Assembly: GCF_006345805.1 (NCBI RefSeq) | Contig: NC_043005.1 | Location: 53,072,001-53,136,000 of the forward strand | DNA: 64,000 bases | From: Octopus sinensis | Lineage: Eukaryota | Reading direction: 5' to 3' | Part shown: in pieces, positions 12,550 to 25,982 of the stretch | How positions within the stretch are numbered: the first letter of the stretch is position 1 | Layout of the letters: each line of letters begins with the position of its first letter | Notes under the pieces: generated by a model | The model's input: only the letters and a program-made list of their open reading frames with translations | The model's database searches: none | What the model was told of the DNA's origin: nothing | Program-made: the position numbers and the translations under genes

Positions 12550-13110
12550 TTATAGGGATAGTGTTGACTATGACTTCGAAGTTGTAAAAGAAGCTATCGT
12601 ATGCCCTTTCCACAAAGGAGGAAAGGAGGGATCAAAGCAGATGCTAAAAATTACAAGTCTATCTCATTGACCTCACATGCCAGCAAAGTTATGGAACGCT
12701 ACTATTCAAAAGGAAGCTGATCATGTTCCCAGAAGAATATGTTTTGTTCACTAACATACGTGTTTTCCGCCATTGAAGAAGCTGCCTCACTAAAGCATTG
12801 TAACTGGATACTGAAACAACAGCACATCAGCTCCAATATCGATGTGATATACCTCGACTTTGCCAACGTCTTCGACAAAGTTTATCACAAGATGATATGT
12901 CACAAACTACGCGATCTTGATATCGTTGGTAAACTAGAGAAATGATTGTATGACTTTCTAAAAGTTAGGAGCCAGACAATTGCGACCATTAATATATAAA
13001 GAAATATAAATATTATTCAAAATAGTATTACTATCTAGCAAGAATAAAGCACAATAAAAAGTAGAATTATGAATATACAAAGTGGAGATACACGATGTAC
13101 GTTCATTGCT
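12550..13110 (+). pseudogene. Reverse transcriptase fragment of a CR1/L2/Jockey-group LINE
   Basis: AIVCPFHKGG...NYKSISLTSHASKVMER...IDVIYLDFANVFDKVYHKMICHKLRDL (RT subdomains 1-3), frameshifted. Confidence 0.75.
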
Positions 13111-13134
13111 ACAAATAGCAGCCTTTAAACTATC

Positions 13135-13475
13135 AGTGCCTGAGGCCCACTAGTGGGCTTGGAAAAATTTTGAGTGGGCCTGAGAAAATTTTGAGGGTGC
13201 TTGAGAAAACTTTGAGAGGGTCTTGGAAACAAGCTGTTTTTAGTATTCAATTTGTAGTCTTGATCAGTGTTGCGGAAAGATTTTCCCGAAACGTAACAAA
13301 TGTTTATCTCGAAACGTTACAAACAACGTAACAAATAAAATTCCAAAACGTAACAAAAGTTGTATCAAATCTCCGTAACAAATTCCAAAACGTAACAAAA
13401 AACGTAACAACGCATACATATTGTCAAAAACGTAACAAATTTGTTCGGAACGTAACAATGTCGGCAACGTTAGTC
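13135..13475 (+). repeat. Short-motif arrays: (GAGAAAATTTTGAG) x3-4 and CGTAAC x9-10
   Basis: Repeated motifs visible directly, plus a perfect 14-bp palindrome GCCCACTAGTGGGC near 13145-13158. Confidence 0.7.
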
Positions 13476-14154
13476 TTGACTGAATATTTTTCTCAGCACA
13501 CGCCACTACAATAATCACATGATTTGCATTTTAACCTAATAAATTGTGCAGGGCGGGGAGGGGACTCCACAGCAAGCAGCCTTCAATTTGATTTTCCATT
13601 CCTAGGTTAATCGGAAACATTTCAATTATTTGGTACATTCTATCATATGAGGTATTTTATTATATTTTTTAGTTTCTATTTTGGCCAGTTATACTCGAGA
13701 TTGCTCCAATCTGACCAGTCCCAAGGAAAAACTTAGCTAGGAGCATTAGATTGGTTGGAAGAAAGCAGCGAATATATACAAAAACAAGGACGGAAAAAAA
13801 ACGGACAATGTTACACAAATACAATAACAATAATAACAGGACATAACAATAGGTGTCTTTCGACTAAGGGAGAATTAAATTAAGCTGGCGTGTGTGGAAA
13901 TGAAGCCTTATGGCAGGGATACAAGATATCACAGATAGAGGGAGGAATATATATATATATATATATATCGTTAAACAGCTAGAAGAAATGTTCTTTTGGG
14001 GTAAAAAAAAACGCAGTAACGTCTGTACTAACGGAACAGCCATGCTGAAGTGGCAGCAAACATTACTCGCCAGGACAGTTACTGCGTTCTTCCCATACAG
14101 AGATTTTATAACTAGCTTTTTGCTTGTTATATGTGTGTGTGGGAATGTGTGTGT

Positions 14155-14377
<223 letters not shown>

Positions 14378-14677
14378 CAACGGGAAGGTTTCTTTGTTAT
14401 TCTGTTTTCTAGTGACAAAATGTTATTAGAAAGTTCTAGACTGAAAGGTTTCAGTGTTTCTGAATAAGAAACCAACAATTCAGAAGGGCTAATCTAGTGG
14501 TGCATTAAAATTGTTTCATTTTCACCCATGTACATTAAAATATAATTTATTGGAGCAACTCTTTGGAAATTCATGTTTGTGCTCAATTAACCTCGTATGC
14601 CACGCATAGAGTCTCAACCTGGTTCCTATTCTGTTTATTACCCGCACTTTATCGGTTCTTTGTCTTTCTGTCTGCTT

Positions 14678-14714
<37 letters not shown>

Positions 14715-14741
14715 TTTCCTCCATTCTCTCTGTCTGTCTGA

Positions 14742-14784
<43 letters not shown>

Positions 14785-15333
14785 ATCTATGCCTCGTCTT
14801 CTGTTATTTTGTGAAGGGACATGAAAGCATACAGGCACTGCATAACTATTCAATCATATTTGTAAGTATGCATTCAAGTGTACTGCGTCTGTACATACAC
14901 ACACACACACACACACACGCACGCACAAACACGCACACACACGCACACACACTGACACAAACACGCACGCTCACACACGCACACACACACACTTTATGCA
15001 CAAACGTACATATACGTAGGCATATATATACGCGTACACATTGATATATTCATACGTATAAATACTTACTTATACATATAATTACTTATTTATACATTGC
15101 ACGCATATGTGAGTATATACATGTATAAAATATGTGTACGTATATATATATACGTATACACACACACATATATGTATATATACACACACACATTTTTACC
15201 TATATTATGCGCATATATATGTACATGTAGTCATTTTTCTCTGTCTCTATACACATATATATATATGTGTGTGTGTGTATGAACACATGCAAATATATAT
15301 ATATATATATTTGTACATATATTTGTATATACG

Positions 15334-15376
<43 letters not shown>

Positions 15377-15662
15377 GTATATAAATATATATACATGTAT
15401 TTGCATATAAATATATGTACACACACAAAAACACTCACAAACACACATACACACATACGCATGCACACATAGACACACACACGCACCCCTCCCCCACAAA
15501 TACGTATCGAAATCTATATACACTGCGACAATAAACTGTAGACGTATTGAAAGCTATATTTAAATTTAATTATCATGCATTCACACATTTGTTTTGATGG
15601 AAATTATGACATAATTGTAATTCCTAAATCAAAACTTACTGCTTCTTTTTATTCCTCAAATC

Positions 15663-15708
<46 letters not shown>

Positions 15709-16006
15709 CTTTATTTTTCAGTCTTTATTTTATCTTCGTTTGCTTTTTATATTTGTCGCGCATATTCTTCTCCTAAAAAAGATTATATGCTACATAAATC
15801 TTTTAACATTTTTCTGTAGCTACTAACTACTGGTTAAATATGTTTTATGTTACAGGTCAACTACTTTTATTTCTCCACACTTCTTAAATATATTTCTTAC
15901 GTTGTTTGATTATATTTTCTTCTTATGTTTAGAGTGACTTATGTATAAACACATATTTATATTATACATTTGTGTGTATATTATATATTTGTGTGTATGT
16001 ATATAT

Positions 16007-16065
<59 letters not shown>

Positions 16066-16099
16066 TGTGTGTGTGTGTGTGTGTGTGTGTACGCACGTG

Positions 16100-16460
16100 C
16101 AGGTGTGGCTGTGTGGTGAGACGTTTCCTTTCCAACCATAGGGGTCCGGGTTCAGTCCTACTGCGTGGCACCTTGGGCAAGTGTCCTCTTCTATAGCCTT
16201 GGGCTGACCAAAGCCTTGTGAGTGGATTTGGTGGAAGGAAATTGAAAGAAGCCCATCGTATGAGTGTGTGTGTTTGTGTATGTGTGCGTGTGTGAGTCTT
16301 GGTGTCTGTTTTTGTCCGTACCCACCATCGCCTGCTAACCGATGATAGTTTGCTTACGCCCTTAACTCAGCGATTAAGGGGACGTAAGCATGCCATCACA
16401 GCTAGAATATGTACCCGATTCAAAATTCTTCAAGGCAGTGCTCCAGCATGATCACCGTCT
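16100..16460 (+). mobile_element. SINE family B
   Basis: Head GCAGGTGTGGCTGTGTGGTGAG...GGGTTCAGTCC and family B core. Confidence 0.85.
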
Positions 16461-16487
16461 GAGAAGGGAAAAAAAATTATATATATA

Positions 16488-17784
16488 CGAGGGGTGTATG
16501 AAAAGTCTTGAGCCTCAAAAAAACCAAACATGGTAAAGACTTCTGATGATTTATTTTTCAACATAGTCCCCCTCGATGGCTGAACACTGTCTCCAGCGGT
16601 GCCGAAGCACTATTATCCCGGCGTAGAAGAACTCTTCTGTTTGAGACTTCAAGAAACTGCTTACAGCGTCTATGACGTCATTGTCACTGGCAAAATGGCT
16701 ACCAAACAGGGCTTTTTTCATTTATAGAAATAGAGGAATGTCAGAGGGGGCTAAGTCTGGCGAATAAGGCGAATGGGGAACAAGTTCGTATCAACAATCA
16801 CGAATTCTTGCCATGGCAACCACTGAGGCGTGGGATGGGGCATTCTCGGGATGAAAAAGGACTCTTCTGGTGAGCATTTCCGGCCTTTTTTCTTTGATTG
16901 CTTTTCGGAGGTGTTTCAGTAGCTGAGAATAATACATCCCTGTCACGGTGTGACTCTTTTCAAGGTAATCAATCAGCAAGACGCCTTGAGAATCCCAAAA
17001 GACGGACGCCATGACCTTGCCAGCTGAAGGAATGACCCTGGCCTTCTTTGGGGTAGGAGAAGATGTGTGTTTCTATTGCTTTGATTGTTCTTTGGTTTCA
17101 GGCTGGTAGTGATGAACCCAACTTTCGTCCATAGTAATGAAACGAGCAAGAAAATTCTCTTCATCGGCTTTAAAAAGTTCCAGATTGCTTGTGGACAAAG
17201 TAAACCTGGTACGTTTCTGTTCAGGAGTCAAAAGGCGAAGGACCCACCTTGCAGAAACCTTTGAGAACCCAAGTTCTTTTGTCACAATGTTGTCTGCTCT
17301 TTCGGTTGAGATGCTCAGTCTCTCGGCTATCTGACGACATGATATTCGGCGATCTTGTATTATCGTACCAAGAGCAAGGTCAAGGTTGTCCTTTGTGGTT
17401 ACGGTTGGAGGTCTCCCTTGTCTGGGATCATCTTCCACACTCTCCCTGCCACGTTTGAATTCATTTACCCAGCGTTTGACTGTTGCATATGAAGGAGAAT
17501 TGTCTGTTAAGGTTCTCACCATATCTTCATGGATTTCTGATGGAGTCATGCCTTTCAAATGAAGGTACTTTATGACAGCACGATACTCATTTTTCACCAT
17601 TTTCCTTGTAAACTCGAAGCTTGTTTATTCAAAAATCTGCAAAAAAAAAAAAAAAAAATAAAATATCAGAATCATGAAAATGAGCAAGAATACTCCGAAA
17701 AGACTGTACTTACCAGAAAAAAATTGTTTCAGCTATATAGCAGCCCCGTTTCTAGGTTAGGCTCAAAACTTTTCATACACCCCT

Positions 17785-17786
<2 letters not shown>
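16488..17786 (-). mobile_element. Full-length mariner (DD34D) transposon, 1299 bp
   Basis: ~28-bp TIRs CGAGGGGTGTATGAAAAGTCTTGAGCCT and CAAGGGGTGTATGAAAAGTTTTGAGCCT, in a TA context. Confidence 0.95.
16551..17600 (-). pseudogene. Mariner transposase, 349 codons, three in-frame stops, no frameshift
   Basis: MVKNEYRAVIKY...WVLRLL...ITMDESWVHHY...FHPENAP...YSPDLAPSD...GDYVEK*. The second catalytic D reads as E. Confidence 0.93.
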
Positions 17787-17837
<51 letters not shown>

Positions 17838-18074
17838 CTTATTTGGAACGATGTATCTTAAAGCAGATAATGCTATAAATAATAGCGTGTGAATATAAGG
17901 TTAAAAAATCCCCTTTGATAGAAAGAATCGGAAGCTGCCTCTGGAGATCGAACCCACACATTCTCTAAACATATATAATTATCTATAAAATACATATGTG
18001 TACATATGTACATCCATACTCACACGTACAAAATCTATGCACAGATGCTCACATATATATCTTTTTATTCTTTC

Positions 18075-18467
18075 TTTTATTTGTTTCAGTCATTTGATTG
18101 TGGGCATGCTTGGAGCATCGTCTTTAGTGGAACAAATCGACTCAAGGACTTAGTCTTTTGTAAGCCTAATACTTATTCTATCAGTTCTTTTGCCGAACCG
18201 CCAAGTTACGGAGTCGTCAACACGAACATCGGTTGTCAAGCGATGGTGGTGGGACAAACACAGGCATACAAGCACATACATACACACACACACACACATA
18301 TATATACGACGGGCTTCTTTCAGTTTCCATCTATCAAATCCACTCATGAGGCTTTGGCTGGCCCGAAGCTATTGTAGAAGACATTTGACCAAGGTACCGC
18401 GCAGTGGGACAGAACCCGGAACTATGTGGTTGGGAAGCAAGTTTCTTACAACACAGCCACGCCTGCA
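18075..18467 (-). mobile_element. SINE family B
   Basis: Reverse complement of the family B consensus. Confidence 0.88.
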
Positions 18468-18519
18468 CAAAAAATAAGTCCTTAAGCTATAGGTTAATAA
18501 GGTTGGCTTACCTGATACT

Positions 18520-18722
18520 GTGGTGTATATATTCCCCCTAGGACTCTACACTGGTCCGCTGTCGTAGGATTACTAATTTTCGCCAGTTGAGTGGACAGGA
18601 GCAACGTGAAATGAAGTGCTTTGCTTAAGGACACAATGCATCGCCCGGTTCAGGAATTGAAACCACAATCTTACGATCATATGTGCAACGCTCTTCACCA
18701 CTAAGACATGCGCCTCCACCCG
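18520..18722 (-). mobile_element. CORE-like tRNA-derived SINE
   Basis: Reverse complement reads GGAGGCGCATGTCTTAGTGGTGAAGAG...GGTTTCAATTCCTGAACCGGGC...GTCCTTAAGCAAAGCACTTCATTTCACGTTGCTCC. Related copies at about 25330-25560 (-) and 48065-48285 (+). Confidence 0.7.
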
Positions 18723-21074
18723 CACAAATACATATCATACTTTAAGTTTTAGATCGATTCCTCGGTCAGTCTTCCGGCGGTATTAGCAACTTGAATGAAT
18801 AAGTCTCACTGTCCGAATTAAGATGAAAAGAGCTAATCATTGCATCGTCTTAACCTTGACTGGAAATAACGAAGAACAGTGACATAAAATTCTGAGTGAC
18901 AGAGTGGTCTAAGCTGAAACTATTACTCTCTATATCAAATATTTACTTGATTAAACGCATCGAGTACTCTTGTACTGTGTTAGCCTCATGTATGATATAA
19001 TACTATATGTTAATAGTTTCATATTTTGGTTCAAGGCTAGCGGTTGTGGAGGAAGATACATGACAATTACATCAATCCCAGTTCTCAATTGGTACTTATT
19101 TTATCGACTCCGAAAGGATGAAAGGTAAAGTCAAACCCAGTGGCATTTGAATTACAATAATAATAAAGCATAATGAGTGTATGTGTGTATGTAGGTGCGC
19201 GTGTATACATAAGTAATACATACATTAATACATACATACATTTTTATACATACATATATATATATATATAACACGTATACATATTCACACAAACACACAC
19301 ATGTATATACAAATATTTACTTGGATATATATCACTGGTAGAAAATAATTTATTTTGAAGAATTATTTTAGCAAAATAAGAAGCAGAATGAAGAATTATA
19401 GCTAACGTAATGAAGCCTTATTTGAAGAATTATTATTGATGAAAATAACTCACAGTTTAATATTATAACTTATAGATTAAATCTATTTTGATAAATCGTT
19501 TAAGGCGAAATAAGAAAAGATTTGAAAAAATGCTTAAATAAAACAAAATGTAAAGAATTGCGAATATTTGGTTAATATTCCGATAAGCTAAAACAGTGGT
19601 ACTCAATCATTTTCTGTTTATAGACTATTTTGACTCTTTGATTCCTATTTTATTTGGGTGGACTCTCATAACCATTCGATGCTATTTAAAAAAAAATCTT
19701 ATCAGTTTTATAATTAGATATTATTTGGAATTTTATCGCTTTATTTTTATTGTTTCAGTTCTTAAAAAAATTTGAGTAGGGTGAATCGACCCCAGTACTT
19801 ATTATTATTTTTTTTTTTTTGGAAGCCAGGTACTTATTCTATCAGTCTCTTTTGCCGAGCCGCTAAGTTATGGGGACGTAAACGCATCAACACCAGTTGT
19901 CAAGCGGTAGTGGGGAGAAACACAGTAACAAAGAAACATACACGTATATGTAAACACACACACACACATATGCATACATATATTATATTATTATATGACT
20001 GAACGCCACGCATCCATTTCCAAGTAAGTTCTATTTTAATTTTGATGCGACACTATTTTATTCTATTCTTTTTCGCTTCCCCTATTTTCTTTTCTCTAAT
20101 TCTTTTTATCTCCCCTTCTCACCCTTTCGTTTTATCTATGATCCTTTACCTCTCCCCCTCGCCATTCTCTGTCTGTCCCTATCTCTCCCTCACTCTTCCA
20201 CCTTTGCTCTCTCGTTGCTTGTACGTGACCATCGGCCATCTTTCTTTCTTTTCCTAACTCGTGTTTCTTTCTTTCTTTCTGATGAGCTGCAGGGATGAGA
20301 CGCATTCTTGTCTGCCGCCTGTCCAAGCTTGTTCCACCAGCGTTCGCTATACCTGTTTTGTCAAAGGCGAATCTTGTCGTGAATTGCTCGAAATGAGGAG
20401 AAGAAAAACAGTTGAAAACTGATGAAGGGTCGTTCTTTATGTTGCTTGTTTTGTTTTCCATTTGTTGTTTTTTTCAGTTTTCGCATTTCAACATTAAAAA
20501 ATGACAACTCACAGAGCGCAAAAAACACGACTGAAGTCTTCAATCAGAAGCAAGCTTCTTACCACAGAGTCATGCCTATAAAAATATTGTCAAAATATTT
20601 TGTGTATTGTAGAATTATCACCAATTTATTGCTCGTAAATTATAACAACAGAATTTTATATGCATCCCCAAGGTTCATGTGGATCCTTATTGTGAACCAC
20701 TAAGAATATGTTTCAGTTGTGGAGGTGCGTGGCTAAATTTACTTCAGCTTCATCGAAGAGTAAAATTGTCTCTTTTGTCTTTTGTAAGGTCTTCGATACA
20801 GGCGGAATGAGACTGATGGTTACGGCACTTTGAATGCTGGTGATTTGCCACGGCTGACTGGACATTGAACCTCTTCTGTCGATGGCTCTTTTGCAGCTGT
20901 ACTTTTTTGGCATGGAATGGTGAGTGAGGGGCAAACACACACACACACACATACACACACGCACGTGCGAGCTGAAATATAGATAGATAAAGAATCGGGG
21001 ACAAAGGTAACAAATTATTAATTCAACCCAATTGTTACACTGTTCTTCTTTTTATATACATGAAAAGAGATATG

Positions 21075-21550
21075 CTCGCACAGAGAGGGAGAGAGAGAGA
21101 GGAGGGGAAGGGGAGAAGGAGAGAGGGGAGAGGGAGGAGGGAAGGGGAGAAGGAGAGATGGAAAGAGAGGGAGAGAGAGGAGGAGAAGGGGAGAAGGAGA
21201 GAGCGAGAGAGCGGGAGAGAGAGAGAAAGAAATGGAGAGAGAGCGAGAGAGAAATGGAGGACGAAAAGGGGAGAGGGAGAAATGGAGAAAGAGAAGGAGA
21301 AAGAGAAAGTGAGAGAGAGAGTGAGAGAGAGAACTGGAGAAGGAGATAGTGAAGGAGGAAGGTAGAGAGAGAGTGAGAGAGAGAGAACTGGAGAAGGAGA
21401 CAGTGAGGGAGGAAGGTAGAGAGAGAGAGAAATGGAAAAAGAAACAGTGAGAGAGGAAGGGAGAGAGAGAGAAATGAAGAAAAAGATGGAGAGAGGAAGG
21501 GAGAGAAAGAAATGGAACAAGAGACGAAGAATGAAAGGGAGAGAGAGTGT
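21075..21550 (+). repeat. Polypurine (GA-rich) low-complexity tract
   Basis: Almost entirely G/A; includes a duplicated ~50-bp unit GAGAGAACTGGAGAAGGAGA(T/C)AGTGA. Confidence 0.9.
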
Positions 21551-21678
21551 GAGAGCGGTTGTCAAGCGGTCATGAGGGACAAACACAGACACAAAGACAC
21601 ACACACACACATATATATGTATGTATATGCATGTATGCGCATATATGTATGCACATACATACACACACAGACATACAA

Positions 21679-21717
<39 letters not shown>

Positions 21718-22600
21718 ACACGTACACACACACAACCACCCCCCGGGGCAATACTAGAAGACACCTGCCAAAGATGACACCTTGTGGGATTGAACCAAGG
21801 ATCATCTGATTGGGAAGCAAACTTCTCACTACATTCCAAAGTCTGCGCCTACAATGATGTCATATAAGAATATGATCCGTTTAGACCATTATCCTGATTC
21901 AAAGCCTTGCATAAGACAAATCACTTCTTTAAGATCCTGAAAGGTTTTGATGGTGGAGTTTAGCTTCTGTTATTTGCTTTCAGCTCACGGTGAAGTAAGG
22001 CCACGGAGTTCGCGAACATACAAACTAAGAATCTCTCACAAACACACACACACACACACACTTACACACACACGCACACATGCACAGGTACACACACACA
22101 TACACACAGAAATACACATGACTATATCAAGTTGAAAATAAAAAACAAAACAAATAGAATTTTGTTGTCAAATGAGTCAGCCAGAATCGAAATGGAAAGT
22201 TTGCTTGTGTGCAAATTTGGTTTACTCGTGGCTTATTGCAGTTTTACATATATTTTTGACTAAACGACTGGCAGACATACATAACACGCGCACATACGCT
22301 TATGTGCATATACAAATGCAAGCTACATATGTATATGCATACGCATGTGTACATGTACGAAGGTATCTATTTTTATATTTTTATCTATACACATAAATAT
22401 ATAAATATATGTATATATGTAGTTGTATGTATGTTAGGGTATACACACACACACATATATATATATATATACATATGCATTTAAATATACATACATATAT
22501 ACATATATGCATATAAATATACGTATATATATATTCGTATAGATATACATGCATATATATTTACACACACATATATATATATATATTTACATATATATAT

Positions 22601-22657
<57 letters not shown>

Positions 22658-23035
22658 ATATATATATATACACACAAGTATATTGGTATTTTGTTGTTTT
22701 CATATCTATATGTTCAATACCCTTGTGTGTTCATCACTCAGCTAAACAATTGTATATTTTTTCTTCTATCGTTAGAGATTCTCATCCTAGTAGTTCTCCT
22801 GGGCCTAAGAACATATTTTCTATATAATTCAAATACTCTCCTTGTCTAAGTTTCTCTTTGCTTTTTTTCGTTTCTTCCCTGAAGTCACAGACAATTATTT
22901 ATTGAAATGGCATTGCTTAATTCCATCCCAGCCATACATTGTTTTTTATTTTTTTTTTGTTTTTGCTTCTACCATTCCAATTTCTCATCCTTTACGAATG
23001 GTTATTTGAATACCTATGCGTTTTGATGCGTGTGC

Positions 23036-23125
<90 letters not shown>

Positions 23126-24104
23126 GTATGTATGTATGTATGTATGTGTGTATGTGTGTGTGCGTGTGTGTCTGTATAGATATATATATATACACATATA
23201 TACGTATATATATATACGTGTGTGTGTGAGTGTCTATAAATGTGCATATATACGTGTGTATGTGCATTTCTACACATGCAAACACACACACAGACATATG
23301 TACACGCATCCACATTTATGAAGACACGTAAATAATCGTATATAAGTGTTTAAGAGTATTGCTGTATATGAGTATTGCTGTATATATAAATCTATTGTGA
23401 CAATGATTTCTTTCGTGCAACGGTACTTTTTAGTACCAGGGGTGAACAGACACAGACAGACAGATAGATAGACAGACACAGACACGCATGCAGAAATATA
23501 CACATACGGATTAAGAAAATGAAAGAGACTGAGAGATACGACAATTTATTAATTGAACCCAGTTCACATTAACACTGTCTGTCTTACACATAAATAGAAA
23601 TAAGCTTAGACACACTGAACTCACACACGTGTACATAAACACATACGTAGTAGATATACAAACACGTACAGTTTAACTCTTTCTGTGTAGATCGGAAAAA
23701 AAAACTTATGAATAATCTTAATTAATTTTCGAGCATTATTGAGTTCTCCTCAGAAGTGTTTGCATCACTTATCCAAACCCAGAGAAACCAAGCAAGCAGT
23801 CAGTTTATATTTACAACAAATCCAGTTGCTAAGGAGAATTGGAGCGACTAATTTGCATACCATAAGTGTTTAATTGTTATTTAATATCTGCGAACTGTCA
23901 ACGGGGATCTCAGACCATACAGTATCAAGGTATGATACAATATAAGTAAATCTACGTCGTAGATGCACAAGCATGACAAATTTAACTATTTCTGTGTAGA
24001 CTGAAAAAATGACGAACATCCTTATTCGATTTTCGAATCTTATCGGGTTCTCATTAGAGTTGTCTATATCACGTAACCTAACACATATTAATTTTTATAC
24101 AGAA

Positions 24105-24617
24105 CTAGCAGTATCGCCCGGCGTTGCTCGGGTTTGTAAGGGAAATAACTATATAAGCATTTTTAGAGAGTTACTTCCGTTATAGATGCCAATTCGGACT
24201 TTCTTAGCCATTTCTGTTTTGGTGTCTTCAAGCCATGAAGTCGTTGTTCTAAAAGAACGCTGGTCTCCTTGACAACGCTTTACGACGTTGATTTCCTTAC
24301 ACTCCCTTCCCTACAGCTTCACGAGAGAGGGAAGAAGGGGGAGAAGCAAACAGGTGCAGGTGTGACCATGGACGCCAACTCCGCCGCCATCGACACACGA
24401 AAAATTATGCATTAAAATGGAATAAAAAATGATGTTAAATTATTTTTAAAATCGTAGACTCATCGTAGACGCGCGCTAGTACTCAGACGGGCTTGATATG
24501 AATCACGACTATAAGATACCCGAATTTGGTTAAACTGCACCGCAAAATGTGGGAGTAGTTAGGAATCTAAATCGAAGGGGACAGACACTCACACAACTAC
24601 AGTTTTATATATATAGA
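24105..24617 (-). mobile_element. Complete non-autonomous Helitron, 513 bp
   Basis: Minus strand starts A|TCTATATATATAAAA at 24617 and ends CCCGAGCAACGCCGGG hairpin (24117-24132) + CGATACTG-CTAG|T at 24105. Inserted between A and T with no TSD. Confidence 0.92.
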
Positions 24618-25567
24618 TTTTGTGCACAACAGCTTTATTGGTTACAAATTTCTAAAGGCCAGAATGTGAATGTCTTATAAGCAAATATTGCAAGTGTTTA
24701 TTCGAATTTCATCTGTTCTTCAGTTTGATGGCCGACGTTTTTATCCTTCGTTAGTATACATCGACGAAAGATACATATAAACATACAAAAATTTAATTAT
24801 TGATAACAGAAGCAGTTACCAAAAGCGACAGAAGCAGATACCAAAAGGTAATCTTTATAGCCAACTTAACATGGATGTCTTCGTAGAACACAGGGAACGG
24901 CGTTATTAACTTTGAAAGATCCTCCTATAAATGTGCTCGGTCCATAAAAGCACACACATAGATCGTTGCAGATAAGAATCACCTATCATTGGGCACCAGA
25001 ATTCACACATCACATTATTTCATTCAACTGAAAATCATCAGTGGGACTCGTCCAGTCACTGCATGTCAGTCAAATATCGCTTCTACGATATATATAAAAT
25101 ATCGGCCTCTTTTCAGACACTGATGTCGCAAATATCCAGCAGGCCTATTAGAAATTAATCATTAGTGATGGAAGCAGTATTAATATCAAAAGATAATCTT
25201 TATAGCCAACTTAACATGAATGTCTTGTCAGAATACCGAATGCTGTGTTTCGCAATTGTTCAAAAACATAATTCAGATAATTAGCTTTTCCAATACAACA
25301 TGGCACTTTGTCAGTAACGACGTCAAGGATTCCAGCTGATCCGTGCAAAATGACTGAGCACTCCACAGACGCGTATCGTTAACATAGTTCTCATGGTGAT
25401 CCAACGTCACACAGAATATGACAAGGCTATTCTTTTGAATTACAGGTGCTACTCATTTTTTTCAGCTGAGTGGGTGGAGTAAAATGAAATAAAGTGACTC
25501 ACTCAAGCTAACAATGCACTACTGGGAATCGAACCCATGATCGTTACGTCGGGGTCCGAATACGTTA

Positions 25568-25982
25568 ACCTATTTCTTTACTACCCACAAGGGGCTAAAC
25601 ACAGAGAGGAAAAACAAGGACAGACAAATGGATTAAGTTGATTATATTGACCCCAGTGCGTAACTGGTACTTATTTAATCGACCCCGAAAGGATGAAAGG
25701 CAAAGTCTACCTCGGCGGAATTTGAACTCAGAACGTAGTGGCAGACGAAAAACCTATTTCTTTACTACCCACAAGGGGCTAAACACAGAGGGGACAAACA
25801 AGGACAGACAAACGGATTAAGTCGATTATATCGACCCCAGTGCGTAACTGGTACTTATTTAATCGACCCCGAAAGGATAAAAGGCAAAGTCTACCTCGGC
25901 GGAATTTGAACTCAGAACGCAGCGGCAGACGAAATACCGCAAAGCATTTCGCTCGGCGTGCTAACATTTCTGCCAGCTTGCC
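25568..25982 (-). mobile_element. SINE family A head-to-tail dimer
   Basis: Two core+tail-1 units about 185 bp apart, joined at AAAGAAATA|GGTTTTTCGTCTG. Confidence 0.9.

Noticed and set aside
20275-20430. CTGATGAG...GCTCGAAA and CTGATGAAGGG
   Set aside because: No stem III, NUH site or stem I can be built.
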